Shown: positions 12,741 through 26,037, counted from the stretch's first letter. The stretch is DNA of 64,000 nt from Sporopachydermia quercuum (GCA_001599295.1 BCGN01000001.1:1674001-1738000), one strand, 5' to 3'. A program made the numbers and translations. Notes: a model not told the origin generated them from the letters alone.

Positions 12741-13385
12741 TATCAAATATAAGTAAGATAAAGGATCGGCAGATGATTGGGGAAAAAGTAAATAGAGCCA
12801 GAAGTCGAGTAACCAGAAGTAAGTAGCTATNTGGGATCTGAATATTATCGTATACAAAAAAGAAAGGTTCTACAATCTGATTTGTCACTAATATAGGTGA
12901 ATGTTTGTTATTTTTATCTGACCTTAGTGAAAGTTGTAAATCTACANTNCAGCTTGGTTATCTTCTTAAAATTCTACTGGTGTGTGAAGAATAAGTTATT
13001 AGGTTAGGCAAAGAATGCCAATCAGATTACCGTTAATGGGACATGACTTAACCCCATTATTCGCACGGGTAATAAGACATAAATGAGTATTAATAGCGAT
13101 TGATCAGTGAAACATGATTACCGATATATCAAAAATACTTCTATGAAACTAGACCATAGAGGAATAAATAGATTTGCTTGAATTGGGAATCGAGAAATTG
13201 CAGACTAAAGTTATATTTTGATTGTCNTTTCTAGTTTGAGGTTTTACTGAACGTGGAGTATACTATGATCCTGACTGAGCATCGACACCTAACTGGTGAA
13301 CAAACTATTTTATAAAACCACCAGAAAATACCCTTTAATAGCCATAAATCTTACTAATATAGTATATGGCCTTGATTCAAGTTCA

Positions 13386-15433
13386 TTAACCAAGTGATTC
13401 TAATTTCTTGTCCAAACCTTGTTTAGTATATTTAATATACTATAAATTCAAGTTAGTAAAACAATATTCAACAATTATTCAATTCTATTATCAAACTACC
13501 TCATAACGAAAAAAAAGAAAATCTTTTACTGAATTANACTTACCTTCTCAGTATGTTTCGAGAAGTCACTCTTGGAGTTCTTATCGTAAAATCTATGATA
13601 CAACGGAGAGATAAACTTTATCTCTTTGGCNAAATATGTCTTTAATGCAGGATCAGCAATATTCAACTGTTGAAACTTAGAAACCTGTTCATCAAACTCA
13701 GAATTGAAACTCTTAAATTTCTCTTTAATTGCTTCCCTATCCTTTGATGACATAGTGGTAGATTGTGTCATTGTTACATCCATTAAATGTGAAGCTAAGC
13801 CTTTCCACGTTTCCAAGAACAGATTTAACGCCCGTTTCTTCAATCTTTCAATTCTTGCTGTTCCAACAGTCCCTAAGGCCTTGCACAAATCCGGAGACCT
13901 TGATATAATTTGTTCGACCAAAGTAAGATTGGTGATCAAGAAAAATCCAATTTTTGTGCTTCGATTTGCTCCTTTTAAGGAATTGCTCACTAATTGCTTA
14001 GCCTTCAGTTCTAAACCTACCATAAGAGCATCTAAGCAATCACATAAATATGAAGAAAACAGTTCGTTGTTGTCACTAGAAGGAACATAACCGGGTGTAA
14101 TAGAACTAAAAGTGGATAACCAAGTAGGCTTTGGACTTGGAATCCATGATCCTGGGGTTATCCCATCCATTGATTTAGTAGCAGAATCACAGTATTCAGC
14201 AAACTTCCGCACCTTGGACATAACTTCCACCGTTATTTCTGAAACGCCATTATCAGAAGGTATTGCTGTCATAGAACCAACACGTTGATCGACGTACCGA
14301 AGGAATTCCTTGAGCAATGTTTGACTTAAATCTTTACAAGTTTTCTCATACTGTTTCAAAACTGAAACACCAACTGCATCTCCTAGATCTACGACTTTAT
14401 CATTAACTGAACTGCTTATAAACTGATCAACACCTGTAGTTGATTTGTACATTTCAAATACTAGCAAGCCTTCTGTAGTAATTCGGGATTCAACGAAGGC
14501 AATCAATTTGGCAATCGTATTCAAATAACCACTAACGATACTCTCAGCTAGTGGCTTAAAGAATTTTAGTGGTTGGCCTAAATCTGATACTAGTTGAAAT
14601 TCATTTGATAAGAAGCCTATTATACTTTCGCTATAAATACTTAGCTCTTGTATATAAACTTCTGTAGGTACTTTTTGTATTGCTGGGTTGTTCATTGATG
14701 TTGGTGATACATGTTTCAAACAATTGTCGATCAACTTTGTTCTTTCAGCAGTATAGATTGTCAATACCGATGTATCATCAGCATCAATTTTCGAGACAAT
14801 CTGAGCTGCAAGCTTGATTTTCTCTATCAGTTCATCATTCGGATATGGGAACGGCTGTCTTTCATCAATAACTGTTTTCGGGTTAAATGAATCCTTTGAG
14901 GCTTCTTTGACCAAACCTTGGAAATACATCACAATCGAGTTCTCACCTTGTTTTATTAGATTGTTCGTGTCGATATAAATTCGTGAGAAAGATCTGTCCA
15001 GTTGATTAGTTTTCATATGAGCTCTAATGCTTGCACATGAATTAACAGCCCTTAANTATTTACTAAGTCCTACCGCGTTTATCTTATCAACTATAGAAGT
15101 AGATATCGTCATATCAGGGTTATCTACTAATTGTTTGAAAGTAATCACCTCTTCGCTCTGTCGAAGTGTATATGCCGAGCTTTCAATACTTGACAGTAAA
15201 TTTAAACACTCTGTTACATTTGCATTGTAGATGTTCAATTGAGAAGAAGCAGCAGCCAAGGGTCTAATAATCTTCTCTGACTTCGAAGCCTTCGCTGATA
15301 GTCCTCGCAGAGATTTAGACAGATCTGAGGATAACGAGGAACATTTTGTTAGGTTATCTTCTAATATTTTAATGTCTGCCTCATCAGCATCAACATCAAT
15401 GTCGACTTCTCCTTGATACAAGCCTAACACCAT
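13386..15433 (-). CDS. EXO70: Exocyst subunit Exo70; exons 15433-13544 and 13439-13386
   Basis: C-terminal Exo70 signature (MSSKDREAIKEKFKSFNSEFDE...YHRFYDK); intron 13543-13440 (GTAAGT...TACTAAC...TAG) restores HTEK|YIKYTKQGLDKKLESLG*. Confidence 0.93.
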
Positions 15434-15755
15434 TATCAGGTATGGCTTGACTTGTTTGATATATACGTGTAAAAATAAATATGCGTTCGTGCGTCCTTAC
15501 TTGATTACTCCAATTGAGGTGTAACAATTAAGACTGATCAGTAATGATTTCTNTTCAATCAGACGNATTCTCTTGTTGACTCGACAGATAAGCAAAAGAG
15601 TGTAGAATGTAATGCCTTCTTCTTTATGTGGAATATATGACATAGGGAAGAGCGAAAGATCAGTTGCTGCTTTGATTATGTCATCACATTGAGTTATGTT
15701 TTAGAGATTATGTTATATTTTAAAACAATTGGTGAAAATGGAAAAGCGGAAACCA

Positions 15756-15791
15756 TAAAGGAGAATTGGAATCTAAAGGAGAATTGGAATC
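15756..15791. repeat. Tandem duplication of 18 bp TAAAGGAGAATTGGAATC
   Basis: Two exact adjacent copies in the EXO70-TRL1 divergent intergenic region. Confidence 0.85.
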
Positions 15792-16370
15792 TTATGATGG
15801 AAAGAATTAGGTATGAGTCATTTGACAGACGAGAATGATACGGCTTTTTATGCAATACTATCTTTTATAATAAAGGAGCTGATATTAGTTGATATCAGAA
15901 TGCATTGAGCTTCTTAGTTGAACAATGGAATTCACAGTAATACTCGAAAAAGAAAACCACTCAAGCATATTTCGGAAAACATGATAGACTTGAAACATTA
16001 TAAGTTCCGAAATTTTCTCACTTTAGAAACCTGAAAAAAACAAACTATGAAATAAAGTCNCATATAAATGCTAGACAGTTCCCTTGATCACTGATTCTAT
16101 TGATCTTGATGCTCAATTATTTCCCTATTGTAATATTAAAGCTCTCCGCAATCCTTAATAGAAGGATTATGCATCAGTTGTTTTGATTTATAAAGCCCAA
16201 ACTGAAAGGATAGCGAGAACACACTGTAGACCAGCAATCACCATATCAGATTGCTTTTCAAACACATAGCATTTCATATCAATAACCTGTATTACCCAGA
16301 AACAATTCAGGTGTCAAACAAAAAAATTCTAAAAGCTTGGAAGAGCCTCTTGTATATAAATTAAGGAGAA

Positions 16371-18902
16371 ATGAGTCAGCCAATAAAACTCTCATTCCAA
16401 GCTTTGAAACCGAGAGCAAACACTTCAGTAAATGAATTATTGAGTCTGCTTGATGCAGCTAAACAATTACCAAACAAGAAGGGGAAAGCCCACGAAACAC
16501 TGCTAAAACCATGGGGAATGGACAGGATCATTTCATCGTGGAAATTCAATGAGTGGGATTACAGCTCAAACAAAATAGCATTGCCAACGCAAGCTAGAGG
16601 ATTATTTACATACAGAGATGAGAATTCTGAGGGCCATATTCTTGTTCGGGGGTATGACAAGTTTTTCAATGTTGATGAAGTCCAGAAAACCAAATGGGAA
16701 TGGCTAGAAAGCAATACAAAAGGACCTTATTACTTGTCACTGAAAGAAAACGGTTGCATTATCTTCGTTTCTGTCTTTCCTGATACTAAGGAATTGGTTG
16801 TATGTTCTAAACATTCAACAGGACCAGGTAGTGATGAGAGAGAATACAATAAGATCCATTCTTTTGTTGGAATGAAACATTTAGAAAGACACTTGAAGGC
16901 AGCTGGAATTGAAAAAGAAAAGCTCGCTGAGGATTTACTACAATTGAACGCTACAGCTGTATTTGAATTATGCGATGATAAATTTGAAGAGCATGTNCTT
17001 GCTTATGATAGAGAGCATTCAGGCTTATACTTACATGGACTCAACTGCAANACTGTAGAGTTTATTACTTACCCTTGTGAAAATGTATCAGAATTTGCTG
17101 AGAAATTTGGGTTCTTCAAAACAGATTATATTGTTATNGACAACTTCAAGAATTTAAAGCAATTCTTGGAAACCTGTGCAGAAACAGGGAGTTATGAAGG
17201 GAAAAGTATTGAAGGGTTCGTGATAAGGTGTAAAGAAGTGTTAAATTCAACAGAAATAGTAGATTNCTTTTGGAAATACAAGTTTGAAGAGCCATATTTA
17301 TTATATCGACAATGGAGAGAAATGACTAAAAAATGGTTGAGTGGTAAATCGGTTGAAGAAATCAAAGTCAATAAACACGTCAAAGTCTCAAAATTATANC
17401 TTAGCTTTGCCATTAAATTCCTGACAGCGAACCCAGAGTTTGCCGACAAATATCGAAATGGTCATGGCATTATTGGTTTACGAGAAGAGTTTTTAAAATC
17501 CATAGGAAAATCTGGTGTGCAAATCATTCAGGAAGAAAGCTTAGAGTTGGTGGCTGATCCGGAAATTAATGAACTATCCAGTAAGTTTTCTGATTTATAC
17601 CTTGATAAACCATATTTTGTATTTATACCTGTGGCGACTATTGGTTGTGGTAAGACTACAGTTTCCTTGACTTTACACAATTTATTCCCCCAATGGGGAC
17701 ATGTGCAAAATGATGATTTAACTGGTAAAGGACGAGAGCAGAGATTTGTTTCTCAATCATTGGATGCATTTAGTAAATCGAATAACTTTGTTATTGCTGA
17801 TAGGAATAATTCCATGAGAATAGAAAGAGAGAGGCTGCTGAAGCTGTTCAAAGAGAAGGCTGATCCGTATCTTAGACCTAGACTACGATTTATATGTTTG
17901 GATTTTGTTGGTGACGATATTTCTACTGAGGAGCTGAAGAAAATTACTTATGCTAATGTAACCAGTCGAGGGGATAATCATAAGACAGTCAGAGTTTCTT
18001 TAGGGGAAAGAAAGGTGATGCAGATAATGGATGATTTCATTCGAAGATACCAAGCCGTCGATGCTGATGTTGAGCCAGATAAAGGCTTCGATCTTGTGAT
18101 CAAGTTAGATATCACAGACCCAAAACCAAGCAGAGCAAATGTTTCAATAATATTAAATGCCATGGAAACGCATTATCCTTCTAGTTTGCCCTATATCCCA
18201 ATTAGCGACCAAATTGATGAAGCATTTACGAAAGCGCTTGATTATAAGCCTGAAAACATAGTTGTAGTTAGGAAGCCTATGAAAATTGAAAACACTATTA
18301 CAACAAATAAACATATAGCAAAGCGAGCTGATTACTTTGCTATTAAGGTCAATCATGAAAGCGTGATGAAAGCAGTGAAAGATAGCTCCGCTGTCTTATC
18401 AGATTCTACGTTCCGAAGTCTTGAAACAGAAGGAAAGATTCAACCTCGGTTCCACATTACATTGGTTCACAAATCAAGTTTGCAANGAAATAATGGAGAT
18501 GGCCTGGAAGCTTGGCAAGCATTACAAGAAATCATTTCAATCACATTGAGTGACACGCCCTATAAAAAGGGTGATTTGAATATCATCAATGGAGTTGTTG
18601 CTGACATCAAGCTTTGTAGTATTTTCATTTCTGAGGGTAAATTAATATGCGTCGCTTGTGATATTCTTGAATTCAAAACCATAGGCGTCATAGGGTCACG
18701 TATCAAACCAAAACTGTTAAGTTCAGTCAAATGCAACAACCGATTCCCTCATATAACACTAGGAACAATGAATGGGNTCAAACCATTTGAATCCAACCTC
18801 GCATTGAATACATATTCCAATGGTGATCATGGTGGTATCACCAAGATTGATTTTCCTCATGACATTATTTTAGTTGATCAACCTTTAGCATTTTTTGCAT
18901 AG
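16371..18902 (+). CDS. TRL1: Fungal trifunctional tRNA ligase (ligase, kinase, cyclic phosphodiesterase)
   Basis: 843 aa; [17 protein letters not shown] ligase motif I, CSKHS, EGFVIR; kinase P-loop ATIGCGKTT and ADRNN; two CPD HxT motifs (FHITL, PHITL). Confidence 0.96.
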   Translation: MSQPIKLSFQALKPRANTSVNELLSLLDAAKQLPNKKGKAHETLLKPWGMDRIISSWKFNEWDYSSNKIALPTQARGLFTYRDENSEGHILVRGYDKFFNVDEVQKTKWEWLESNTKGPYYLSLKENGCIIFVSVFPDTKELVVCSKHSTGPGSDEREYNKIHSFVGMKHLERHLKAAGIEKEKLAEDLLQLNATAVFELCDDKFEEHXLAYDREHSGLYLHGLNCXTVEFITYPCENVSEFAEKFGFFKTDYIVXDNFKNLKQFLETCAETGSYEGKSIEGFVIRCKEVLNSTEIVDXFWKYKFEEPYLLYRQWREMTKKWLSGKSVEEIKVNKHVKVSKLXLSFAIKFLTANPEFADKYRNGHGIIGLREEFLKSIGKSGVQIIQEESLELVADPEINELSSKFSDLYLDKPYFVFIPVATIGCGKTTVSLTLHNLFPQWGHVQNDDLTGKGREQRFVSQSLDAFSKSNNFVIADRNNSMRIERERLLKLFKEKADPYLRPRLRFICLDFVGDDISTEELKKITYANVTSRGDNHKTVRVSLGERKVMQIMDDFIRRYQAVDADVEPDKGFDLVIKLDITDPKPSRANVSIILNAMETHYPSSLPYIPISDQIDEAFTKALDYKPENIVVVRKPMKIENTITTNKHIAKRADYFAIKVNHESVMKAVKDSSAVLSDSTFRSLETEGKIQPRFHITLVHKSSLQXNNGDGLEAWQALQEIISITLSDTPYKKGDLNIINGVVADIKLCSIFISEGKLICVACDILEFKTIGVIGSRIKPKLLSSVKCNNRFPHITLGTMNGXKPFESNLALNTYSNGDHGGITKIDFPHDIILVDQPLAFFA

Positions 18903-19250
18903 GAACACTAGTCTGATATGTTAGATAGATATCAAATATTATCGCACGTTTCTCCTATTGATTATCTGTAGATTACAATGATTCTATAAGATTACTCTTA
19001 AGTATTTCTTGAGCCTCGGGGTTTACAAACTAATCCTTGGTTAAGGTTTAATCAAAATATGCATGTGAACATAAATTTCAGAGGTTCAACTCCAATAGAA
19101 GAAATAACCGTTTCCTCCCAAACCCACGATACTTCGCAATACGACTTTGAAAGTCAAACAAACATAACTCAAACTGAACCATTCTAATACTCAAATATCA
19201 TTACCTTTAAAATGCAATTTCTATACTTCATCTAATTTCTTCGATCGTTG

Positions 19251-19291
19251 AATTCTATAACAATTCTATACCAATTCTATACCAATTCTAT
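19251..19291. repeat. Imperfect minisatellite, about 4 copies of an 11-bp CAATTCTATAC unit
   Basis: aattctataa caattctatac caattctatac caattctat seen directly. Confidence 0.75.
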
Positions 19292-19576
19292 GTCAACATT
19301 CCATCCAGACGGCAGCTCTTTACCCACATCTCTCTTTCTCAGGAAATAACCCTGTAATGGGACGAAGAAATTTTTTTGGTGATAGAGCGAGCGATCTTTT
19401 TCTTGCTTCCGTTCGCTCTCTTACAAGACCCAAGAGGACACTGAATTGCCTAGATTTATGGATTATAAGAATTTCTTTTGCATTTGTAAATATAAACCTA
19501 CATAATCTGTGATAAGTACGTAAACAGTTAAGTTTTACTTGTGGATGCAAACTTGTCGTCAGAGGTATCATTGAAA

Positions 19577-21679
19577 ATGGTTGATAAGAGTAAGACATCT
19601 ACTAGACATAAGCCAAGGAAACCCGTAACAACAGATGAAAGATTTTCATCTGTTCATTCAGATCCTCGGTTTGCTAGACCCAATAGGAAGCACGTAAAAG
19701 TCAATATTGACTCACGCTTTAAAACCAAGATAGCCGAAGGAGAATTCAAGAATGTTGCAGGTNTCGATAAATATGGTCGAGCGGTCAAGAAGGACTTGGG
19801 TGAGAAGGAGTTGGATAAGTACTATAATCTGAGTGATGAAAACGAATCAGAAAAGGAGGAGCAAGAAATAGAAGATGAGCAGATATTAGAAGAGAAGGTC
19901 AAAGCTGACAAGTCAAAGAACCTGAGATCCAAAGGAATTGTTGACAACGATAACTATAATGGTAATGATGTTGATAGTGAAAATGAAAGTGAAGGCGACA
20001 GCGAAAAAGGCAATTCTATTGATATAGGTGACTTAGCAAGAGGAAGAGTTTTAATGTCAAGTAGTGATGAAGAAGATAGTAGTGATGATAGTGATAGTGA
20101 TAACAGCAGCGAAGATGATTTGGCTGAGGAGGAAGATGAGAGTGAAATACGCCATGATTCAAATATTCCTTCTGGTGATGCCACCAAAACAATTGCTGTA
20201 GTTAATCTTGATTGGGACAATGTTCGATCAGTTGATTTGATGGCAACTTTTCATTCTTTTGTTCCACCTACAGGACGAATAATTCAAATAGCTATTTATC
20301 CTTCAGAGTATGGTAAAGAAAAAATGGCCAAAGAACAAGTAGAAGGACCACCCAGAGAGATCTTCAAAAAGAAAACAAGCAGGAAAAACAAGTATGAAAA
20401 TAAAGATGGTGAAGAACTAACAGTGAAGGATTTGATTGAAGAAGNCAATGGGGAAGAAGATTATGATTCTAGTTTGTTACGTAAATATCAGTTACAGCGT
20501 CTACGCTATTACTATGCAATTGTTGAATGTGATAGTGTGGCTACTGCAAAAGCGATCTATGACAATTGTGATGGAGCTGAGTACGAATCAACGTCCAATT
20601 TCTTTGATTTGCGTTATGTTCCTGATGAGATGGAATTTGAAGAATCGGAGATCCGTGATTCTTGTGATCAAGTACCTATTGGCTATGAGCCTAACCAATT
20701 CATCACCGATGCTTTACATCACTCTAAAGTCAAGTTAACTTGGGATGAAACCCCGGCCGAAAGATTGAAGTTTGCGTCCAAAGCTTTCAGTAAAAAGGAA
20801 ATCGAAGAAATGGATTTCAAAGCATATCTTGCTTCAGATAGCGATAAAAGCGAAGAAGATGAAGAGAAAGAAAAAATGAGAGCAAAGTACAAGGGTATTT
20901 TAGGTGCTAAAGTTGGTAAAGCATTGGAAAATGGTTTTGATGACGAGAAGGACGTTGATATGGAAATAACATTTACGCCTGGTTTGAACGAGGTAGCAGC
21001 AAATGATTCAAGTGATGAAATTGGTGGAGGTGGTGTTGAGTTGACACAACAAGAAAAAGAACTCACCTCGATTGAGAGATATAGGATGAAAGAGAAAGAA
21101 CGAAGGAAGAAGCGATTAGAAAGAATAAAACAAGCTAAAGCTGAAACCAATGAGAAGAATAAGGATGAGAAGAAGAAGAAGAAGTTTAAGAAGGGAATTA
21201 ATGAAGATGACGAAGAGGAGAAGAAAAAGAGGGAAGAGCTTGAGCTTTTGATGGAAGATGTAGACAGCAAACAGGGTAAACAAACGCAACATTTTGATTT
21301 GAAGGAGATCATGAAACAAGAGAAGTTAAATAAAGTAAAGAAAGGAAAAGGAAAGCAAAAGAAGAAAATCGATACTGAATTGGTTCAAGATAATTTTGCC
21401 TTAGATTTGAAAGATAATAGATTCAAAGCAGTCTTCGAAGATCATGATTACGCTATTGATCCGACCAGACCTCAATTCAAAAAGACAGAAGTTATGGATA
21501 AGTTGCTCAAAGAAAGACGTAACAGACAACGAAATCATGGAAACGGTAAACATAAGAAGTCTGTTGACTCCTTGGAAGGTTCAAATAGAAAGAGAAAACA
21601 TGAGAGTAACTCTTCTATTTCCACAAGTGCTGATGTTAACACATTATTGAAGAAGTTGAAAAATCAGAAAGCCAATTGA
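19577..21679 (+). CDS. ESF1: Nucleolar pre-rRNA processing protein Esf1
   Basis: First in-frame ATG at 19577; DERFSSVHSDPRF, DKYGR, AVVNLDWDNV, LRKYQLQRLRYYYA, DMEITFTPGL, DNRFKAVFEDHDYAIDPT. Confidence 0.95.
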   Translation: MVDKSKTSTRHKPRKPVTTDERFSSVHSDPRFARPNRKHVKVNIDSRFKTKIAEGEFKNVAGXDKYGRAVKKDLGEKELDKYYNLSDENESEKEEQEIEDEQILEEKVKADKSKNLRSKGIVDNDNYNGNDVDSENESEGDSEKGNSIDIGDLARGRVLMSSSDEEDSSDDSDSDNSSEDDLAEEEDESEIRHDSNIPSGDATKTIAVVNLDWDNVRSVDLMATFHSFVPPTGRIIQIAIYPSEYGKEKMAKEQVEGPPREIFKKKTSRKNKYENKDGEELTVKDLIEEXNGEEDYDSSLLRKYQLQRLRYYYAIVECDSVATAKAIYDNCDGAEYESTSNFFDLRYVPDEMEFEESEIRDSCDQVPIGYEPNQFITDALHHSKVKLTWDETPAERLKFASKAFSKKEIEEMDFKAYLASDSDKSEEDEEKEKMRAKYKGILGAKVGKALENGFDDEKDVDMEITFTPGLNEVAANDSSDEIGGGGVELTQQEKELTSIERYRMKEKERRKKRLERIKQAKAETNEKNKDEKKKKKFKKGINEDDEEEKKKREELELLMEDVDSKQGKQTQHFDLKEIMKQEKLNKVKKGKGKQKKKIDTELVQDNFALDLKDNRFKAVFEDHDYAIDPTRPQFKKTEVMDKLLKERRNRQRNHGNGKHKKSVDSLEGSNRKRKHESNSSISTSADVNTLLKKLKNQKAN

Positions 21680-22741
21680 TACTTCATCCTGTATAGAACC
21701 AAGCAAATAAAACTATATGAACTGTAAGCTACTAGCTCTTTCAACCCTTTGAATCAGAGTGTAAATTAATTGGGCTGTACCTAGCCAAAGGTTATACAAC
21801 TTTATACACCATGTGGTTCACAGCCTAACAAGTATTCTCTAATAAGACAGAATAATAAAGGTAATATAAGGAGCACATATATACTCTGAATTAGGCAGTC
21901 TCTGTAACTCTATTTCCCCCGTTTTCTCTCTCTTAGACATTCTACTAATTTTCATCATTACAGTGTTTTCGAGATATGTTCAAATTAATAATATCTACTT
22001 CTGGGCTCTAACAGCAATTAGAAGCTCAAGCAAAACAAATGAATGACTCATCAAAACTTCAGAGCTTTGAATCCATTCAATCAAGTATTCGATATAACTA
22101 ACTATTTCGGCGACCCTTGTGAGCCTCCTGCTTTTAAACTTAGTTGCTCTTGGCTNTTAGCAACTTACGATGGGAATAGCATCAAGTTCATTATATTAAC
22201 ACATTCAACCATAAAATATGAATTATCCCAGGAAACGTTAACTACCAAAGGTAAAATATAAACTTCATTCTTCTGCATCGAAGTCATTATCTTAGTACAG
22301 CTAAATCTATTTTTCATAACTATAGAGTATATAGAGTGTACAGCTTTCATTCACTTAGGTAGATCATCGAGATTAAAGTTTTACTAAAGAGTCCCAAGAT
22401 GTTTAACTGAAAATTTTGGGCAACTTTAAGTATGTAAAACTGTGCACGAAAATAATTCTATTGTTTTCATTCAGGACAAGTAAAGGCTTCATAGTGACTT
22501 TCACTGTGAAATGTTTTGAATGAGTTTGCAATCAACATAAGGAAAGGATTATTGTTGTTTGATTGAATGGTAAATTTAGAAAGGCAATATTACTCCAATC
22601 AATCAAGATAGTACTCTCATATAACGCGCACGAAAGGTACACATCTGTCAATGAACAATTTGTTAGGTTGCTAAGATCAACAACATCATGGATCACTGAC
22701 TTGGTTGTGAATATTCAAAATCCCAGTTTGCAGATACAACA

Positions 22742-23614
22742 ATGAAAAATCCTATACTGTTTTTCATACCCAGAAAGCTTTCTTTGATAATAATTTTTCT
22801 GTTCTTACTATCGTGTTACATAAAGCAAGCATTAGGTGGTGTGTATATTTATGTTAAGGAAGAAGAGGAAAAATGTTTTATGGAAGAGCTAACTGCAGGA
22901 GGCTTGTTAGTAGGAGAATTTCTTGTTGAAGAGTATGACAAAAAAACTGAATCATACATTCCAAATAAAGATGCTACAATCAAAATCACAGTGACGGTAT
23001 GTTAACTTGAGTTATATGTTGTAATTACATGAGCTTCAAAAGGGTTAACGATCAAGAGAAGAGTAACTAACCCATGAATTACTAGGAACTATTTGATGAC
23101 ACTCATATTGTTGCTCAAACATCTGCAGATTACAAAGGTCAATTCGCATTCACAGCTCTTGAGTCTGGTGATCATTATGTGTGTTTGACTGTTTCTGGTC
23201 TAAGTGATTTGCAGAGTATGGCACAGCTACATATCGATTTCGTACAAGGTGACCGAAGTAGACTGGATTCAATAGGTAGAGATAATATAGTGTCTTTATT
23301 AGATACAGTGAGGCAATTGAATGTGAAATTGACGGAAATAAAAAGAGAACAAGAACTTATAAGGGTATGTATTTATTTTATACAAGGAATGAATCGGTCT
23401 AATCAACAAGACAAGGGAAAAATCATATACTGTTTTGTGTTACTAATTATCCCTTCTTTTACAGGAAAGAGAACAGTTATTCAGAAATATCAGTGAAGAA
23501 ACCAATACCAAAGCATGGAAATTGTCCTTGGTTCAAATCTTATTGCTTGCGGGAGTGGGATTCATTCAAATGTATACATTAAGACAGGTATTAGTGAAAG
23601 CAAAAGTTCTGTAA
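22742..23614 (+). CDS. p24 (emp24/gp25L) family cargo receptor, Erp1/Erp5-like; exons 22742-22996, 23086-23364, 23465-23614 (227 aa)
   Basis: Signal peptide; GOLD domain (EEKCFMEEL...GQFAFTALESGDHYVC); coiled coil; TM helix; C-terminal KAKVL dilysine signal. Both introns are GTATGT...CTAAY...YAG and keep the frame. Confidence 0.9.
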
Positions 23615-23803
23615 TATAGCAAAATCTTGATTTGAAAACAAAATATAAAATAGAAATAACATTTTGCGCAACTGCTAAGATGTATGATGACAATCAATAT
23701 TATCAACAGTAGTATGAAAACATTAGCTCGATATCACGGTACATTTTGCTTATGTCATTGTCATTGTCATTCGGTGGTAACCTTGTACCAAAGTAAGTCC
23801 TGT

Positions 23804-25300
23804 CTAAGCCGTATCATTAACGCCATCAACGAGAATCTTTGGTTCCAATTCATCATATGAATTGAAAAATGACTTGAAAAGTTTAATGAGGTACAAAACA
23901 TCATGTGAGCCACCAGTCTCACGAATAGAATGCATACTCAATTGTGGGTTACCCAAATCAAGTGTTCTGATTCCCAACTTAGATGCTAATATAGGGCCGA
24001 TAGTTGACCCACATGGTGAGTCGTTGCGAACAACAAATAACTGCAAGGGTACCTCAACCCTCACTGCAACGTTCTTCAGCAGGACAATACCTGGAGAGTT
24101 GGTGGCGTACCGTTGATTAGCATTGATCTTAATTACAGGTCCTTCGTTCAACGATGGTCCATGGTTCTTTTCGTACTTATTTGTATAGTTGGGATGGATG
24201 CCATGAGCCATATCAGAAGAAAGTAAAAATGATTTAGAGGCAGTTTCTTCTAATGCCGTAATGATGGCAGCACTATCAGCGGGATTCTCAATTGAACCAG
24301 ATAAACAACTAAGCCTCTTCAAAGCAGACAATAAAAACGTAGAATCAGCACCTTGAGCACTTTGAGATCCTATTTCTTCATGATCAAACAAAGCTATCAA
24401 TCTAATGCTAGAATCATTGTGCAATGAATCCTCTGTACTGGCATCAACCAAACCGTTAGCGGCGCAGAAACAAGATGTAAGGTTATCCAATCTTGGTGAC
24501 GATATGAACTCTTCATTAATACCAAATAAAGTACTAGGTTGAACATCGTATAAAATTAATTCAAAATCTTCTATATCTTTAACATCAATAGACAATTCTT
24601 TAGCAATCACACCTAGTAACCCTTCATCATGCCGTTCTTCAATAGTAAGTATTGCTTCAAAATCCTTCTTTTCAGCGCTTGCACAACTATGGCCTGATAC
24701 TGATTCTTCTTCTTCAGCTTTTGTAATTTTGGAGGATGACTCCAAACTAGAGATAGGATAGAGTTGGTTTTCTTTATTAAACTCAAACTTTTGATTCACT
24801 TCCCTGTCCAAGTGGATGGCTAATGTGGGAATACGAAGTAGTGGTTTAGAAATTTTTACCAATTTCGGTGCAAATGTCCCATCTTTTTCATCTTTAATGA
24901 AAACTCTTCCAGCAATGCTAAGATCTCTGTCAAACCAACTATGCCAGATACCTCCACCGTATGTCTCAACGCCAACTTGTTGATACCCTTTTGTAGATGA
25001 TTTCGAGATAGGTTTCACTCTTAATACCGGAGAGTCTGTATGAGCACCAACAATAGAAATTGGGCCACCTGTTTTCCATTGATTTCCAACAGCAAATGCA
25101 ATGATGCTGCTTCCATTACGGGTAACGAAGTACTTCTTGCCTTTCTCAACCACTCTCGACCATGATGTTCTTTCACTTAATTCTATAAAACCAGCCTTCA
25201 GTAATAGTTCCTTGACAGTTGCAACTGCATGATAAGGTGTAGGACTAGCATTGACGAAAGTAAGAAACTCTTTCGCACAATTAATGCTTTTCAATGACAT
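23804..25300 (-). CDS. APE4: Aspartyl aminopeptidase (M18 family)
   Basis: First ATG at 25300; SPTPYHAV, GAHTDSP, ETYGGGIWHSWFDRDL, RLDNL, FDHEEIGS, SDMAH, PCGSTIGP, QLSMHSIRE. Confidence 0.95.
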   Translation of the reverse strand: MSLKSINCAKEFLTFVNASPTPYHAVATVKELLLKAGFIELSERTSWSRVVEKGKKYFVTRNGSSIIAFAVGNQWKTGGPISIVGAHTDSPVLRVKPISKSSTKGYQQVGVETYGGGIWHSWFDRDLSIAGRVFIKDEKDGTFAPKLVKISKPLLRIPTLAIHLDREVNQKFEFNKENQLYPISSLESSSKITKAEEEESVSGHSCASAEKKDFEAILTIEERHDEGLLGVIAKELSIDVKDIEDFELILYDVQPSTLFGINEEFISSPRLDNLTSCFCAANGLVDASTEDSLHNDSSIRLIALFDHEEIGSQSAQGADSTFLLSALKRLSCLSGSIENPADSAAIITALEETASKSFLLSSDMAHGIHPNYTNKYEKNHGPSLNEGPVIKINANQRYATNSPGIVLLKNVAVRVEVPLQLFVVRNDSPCGSTIGPILASKLGIRTLDLGNPQLSMHSIRETGGSHDVLYLIKLFKSFFNSYDELEPKILVDGVNDTA

Positions 25301-25569
25301 AACGAATCTGGATTGCAATTTTTTCTTGCGACTCACTACTAAAGTTTTGATTTCTCTCTCTAATCAAATATTTTTGAAACCAATCGTCCTAAACATCAAG
25401 TACAAGCACGTCAACTACAAGAAAAAGTAATAATACCCTATCAAACTTCAAAAATATCAATCAACCAACGCTAATTGCAATAGGAAGCTTTGATTTAAGA
25501 AAGTCGCTAAGTTATGTTATCTCCATAACTGGACCCTATCAAGCTAATCCGGAAATAATAAAAGAGCAG

Positions 25570-25576
25570 CACGTGA
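25570..25576. promoter_or_regulatory. Cbf1-type E-box (CACGTGA) in the APE4 / trans-sulfuration gene divergent promoter
   Basis: Exact CACGTGA; Cbf1 sites are characteristic of yeast sulfur-metabolism promoters. Confidence 0.45.
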
Positions 25577-26037
25577 TGAGTGTCAATAGTTTCCGTATTC
25601 TTCGGCGGCTTCTAAAGTAGTAGGAGATTCCCTATCTGTCCAAACTCTAGAGCTAAGAATTGCCAAAGTGTAAATACCCCATTTTTTATACGGCATCATC
25701 TCATCGCTTTCAATGATCATTTGTGTTAAAAGTTGTTTATTACGCCATAAAATTCCATCTCTTCTTGATCACTGATCACTTATCCTTGGCTTGTTTATTT
25801 GTTATTGACAGCTGGCAGGTTAGTCTTGTTTGTATTTTTGATTCTATATAATAATTGAGTAGTCTCCTAATTGAGGAATAGTAGGAAGTATTCTTGACAA
25901 TTGATAATCGAAACAATTGAAAGTTACCATATTGGATTCTCAGACATAAATAAAAATTCATATTGATCTGATAGAACTACAAGCTTAGAATTAAAAGCAA
26001 AGAAAGAAAAAGATCACAGTTAGAAACCTTCATCAAA

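Noticed and set aside
19366..19400. RRPE/PAC-like words upstream of ESF1
   Set aside because: Only partial matches (GAAATTTTTT; no GCGATGAG).
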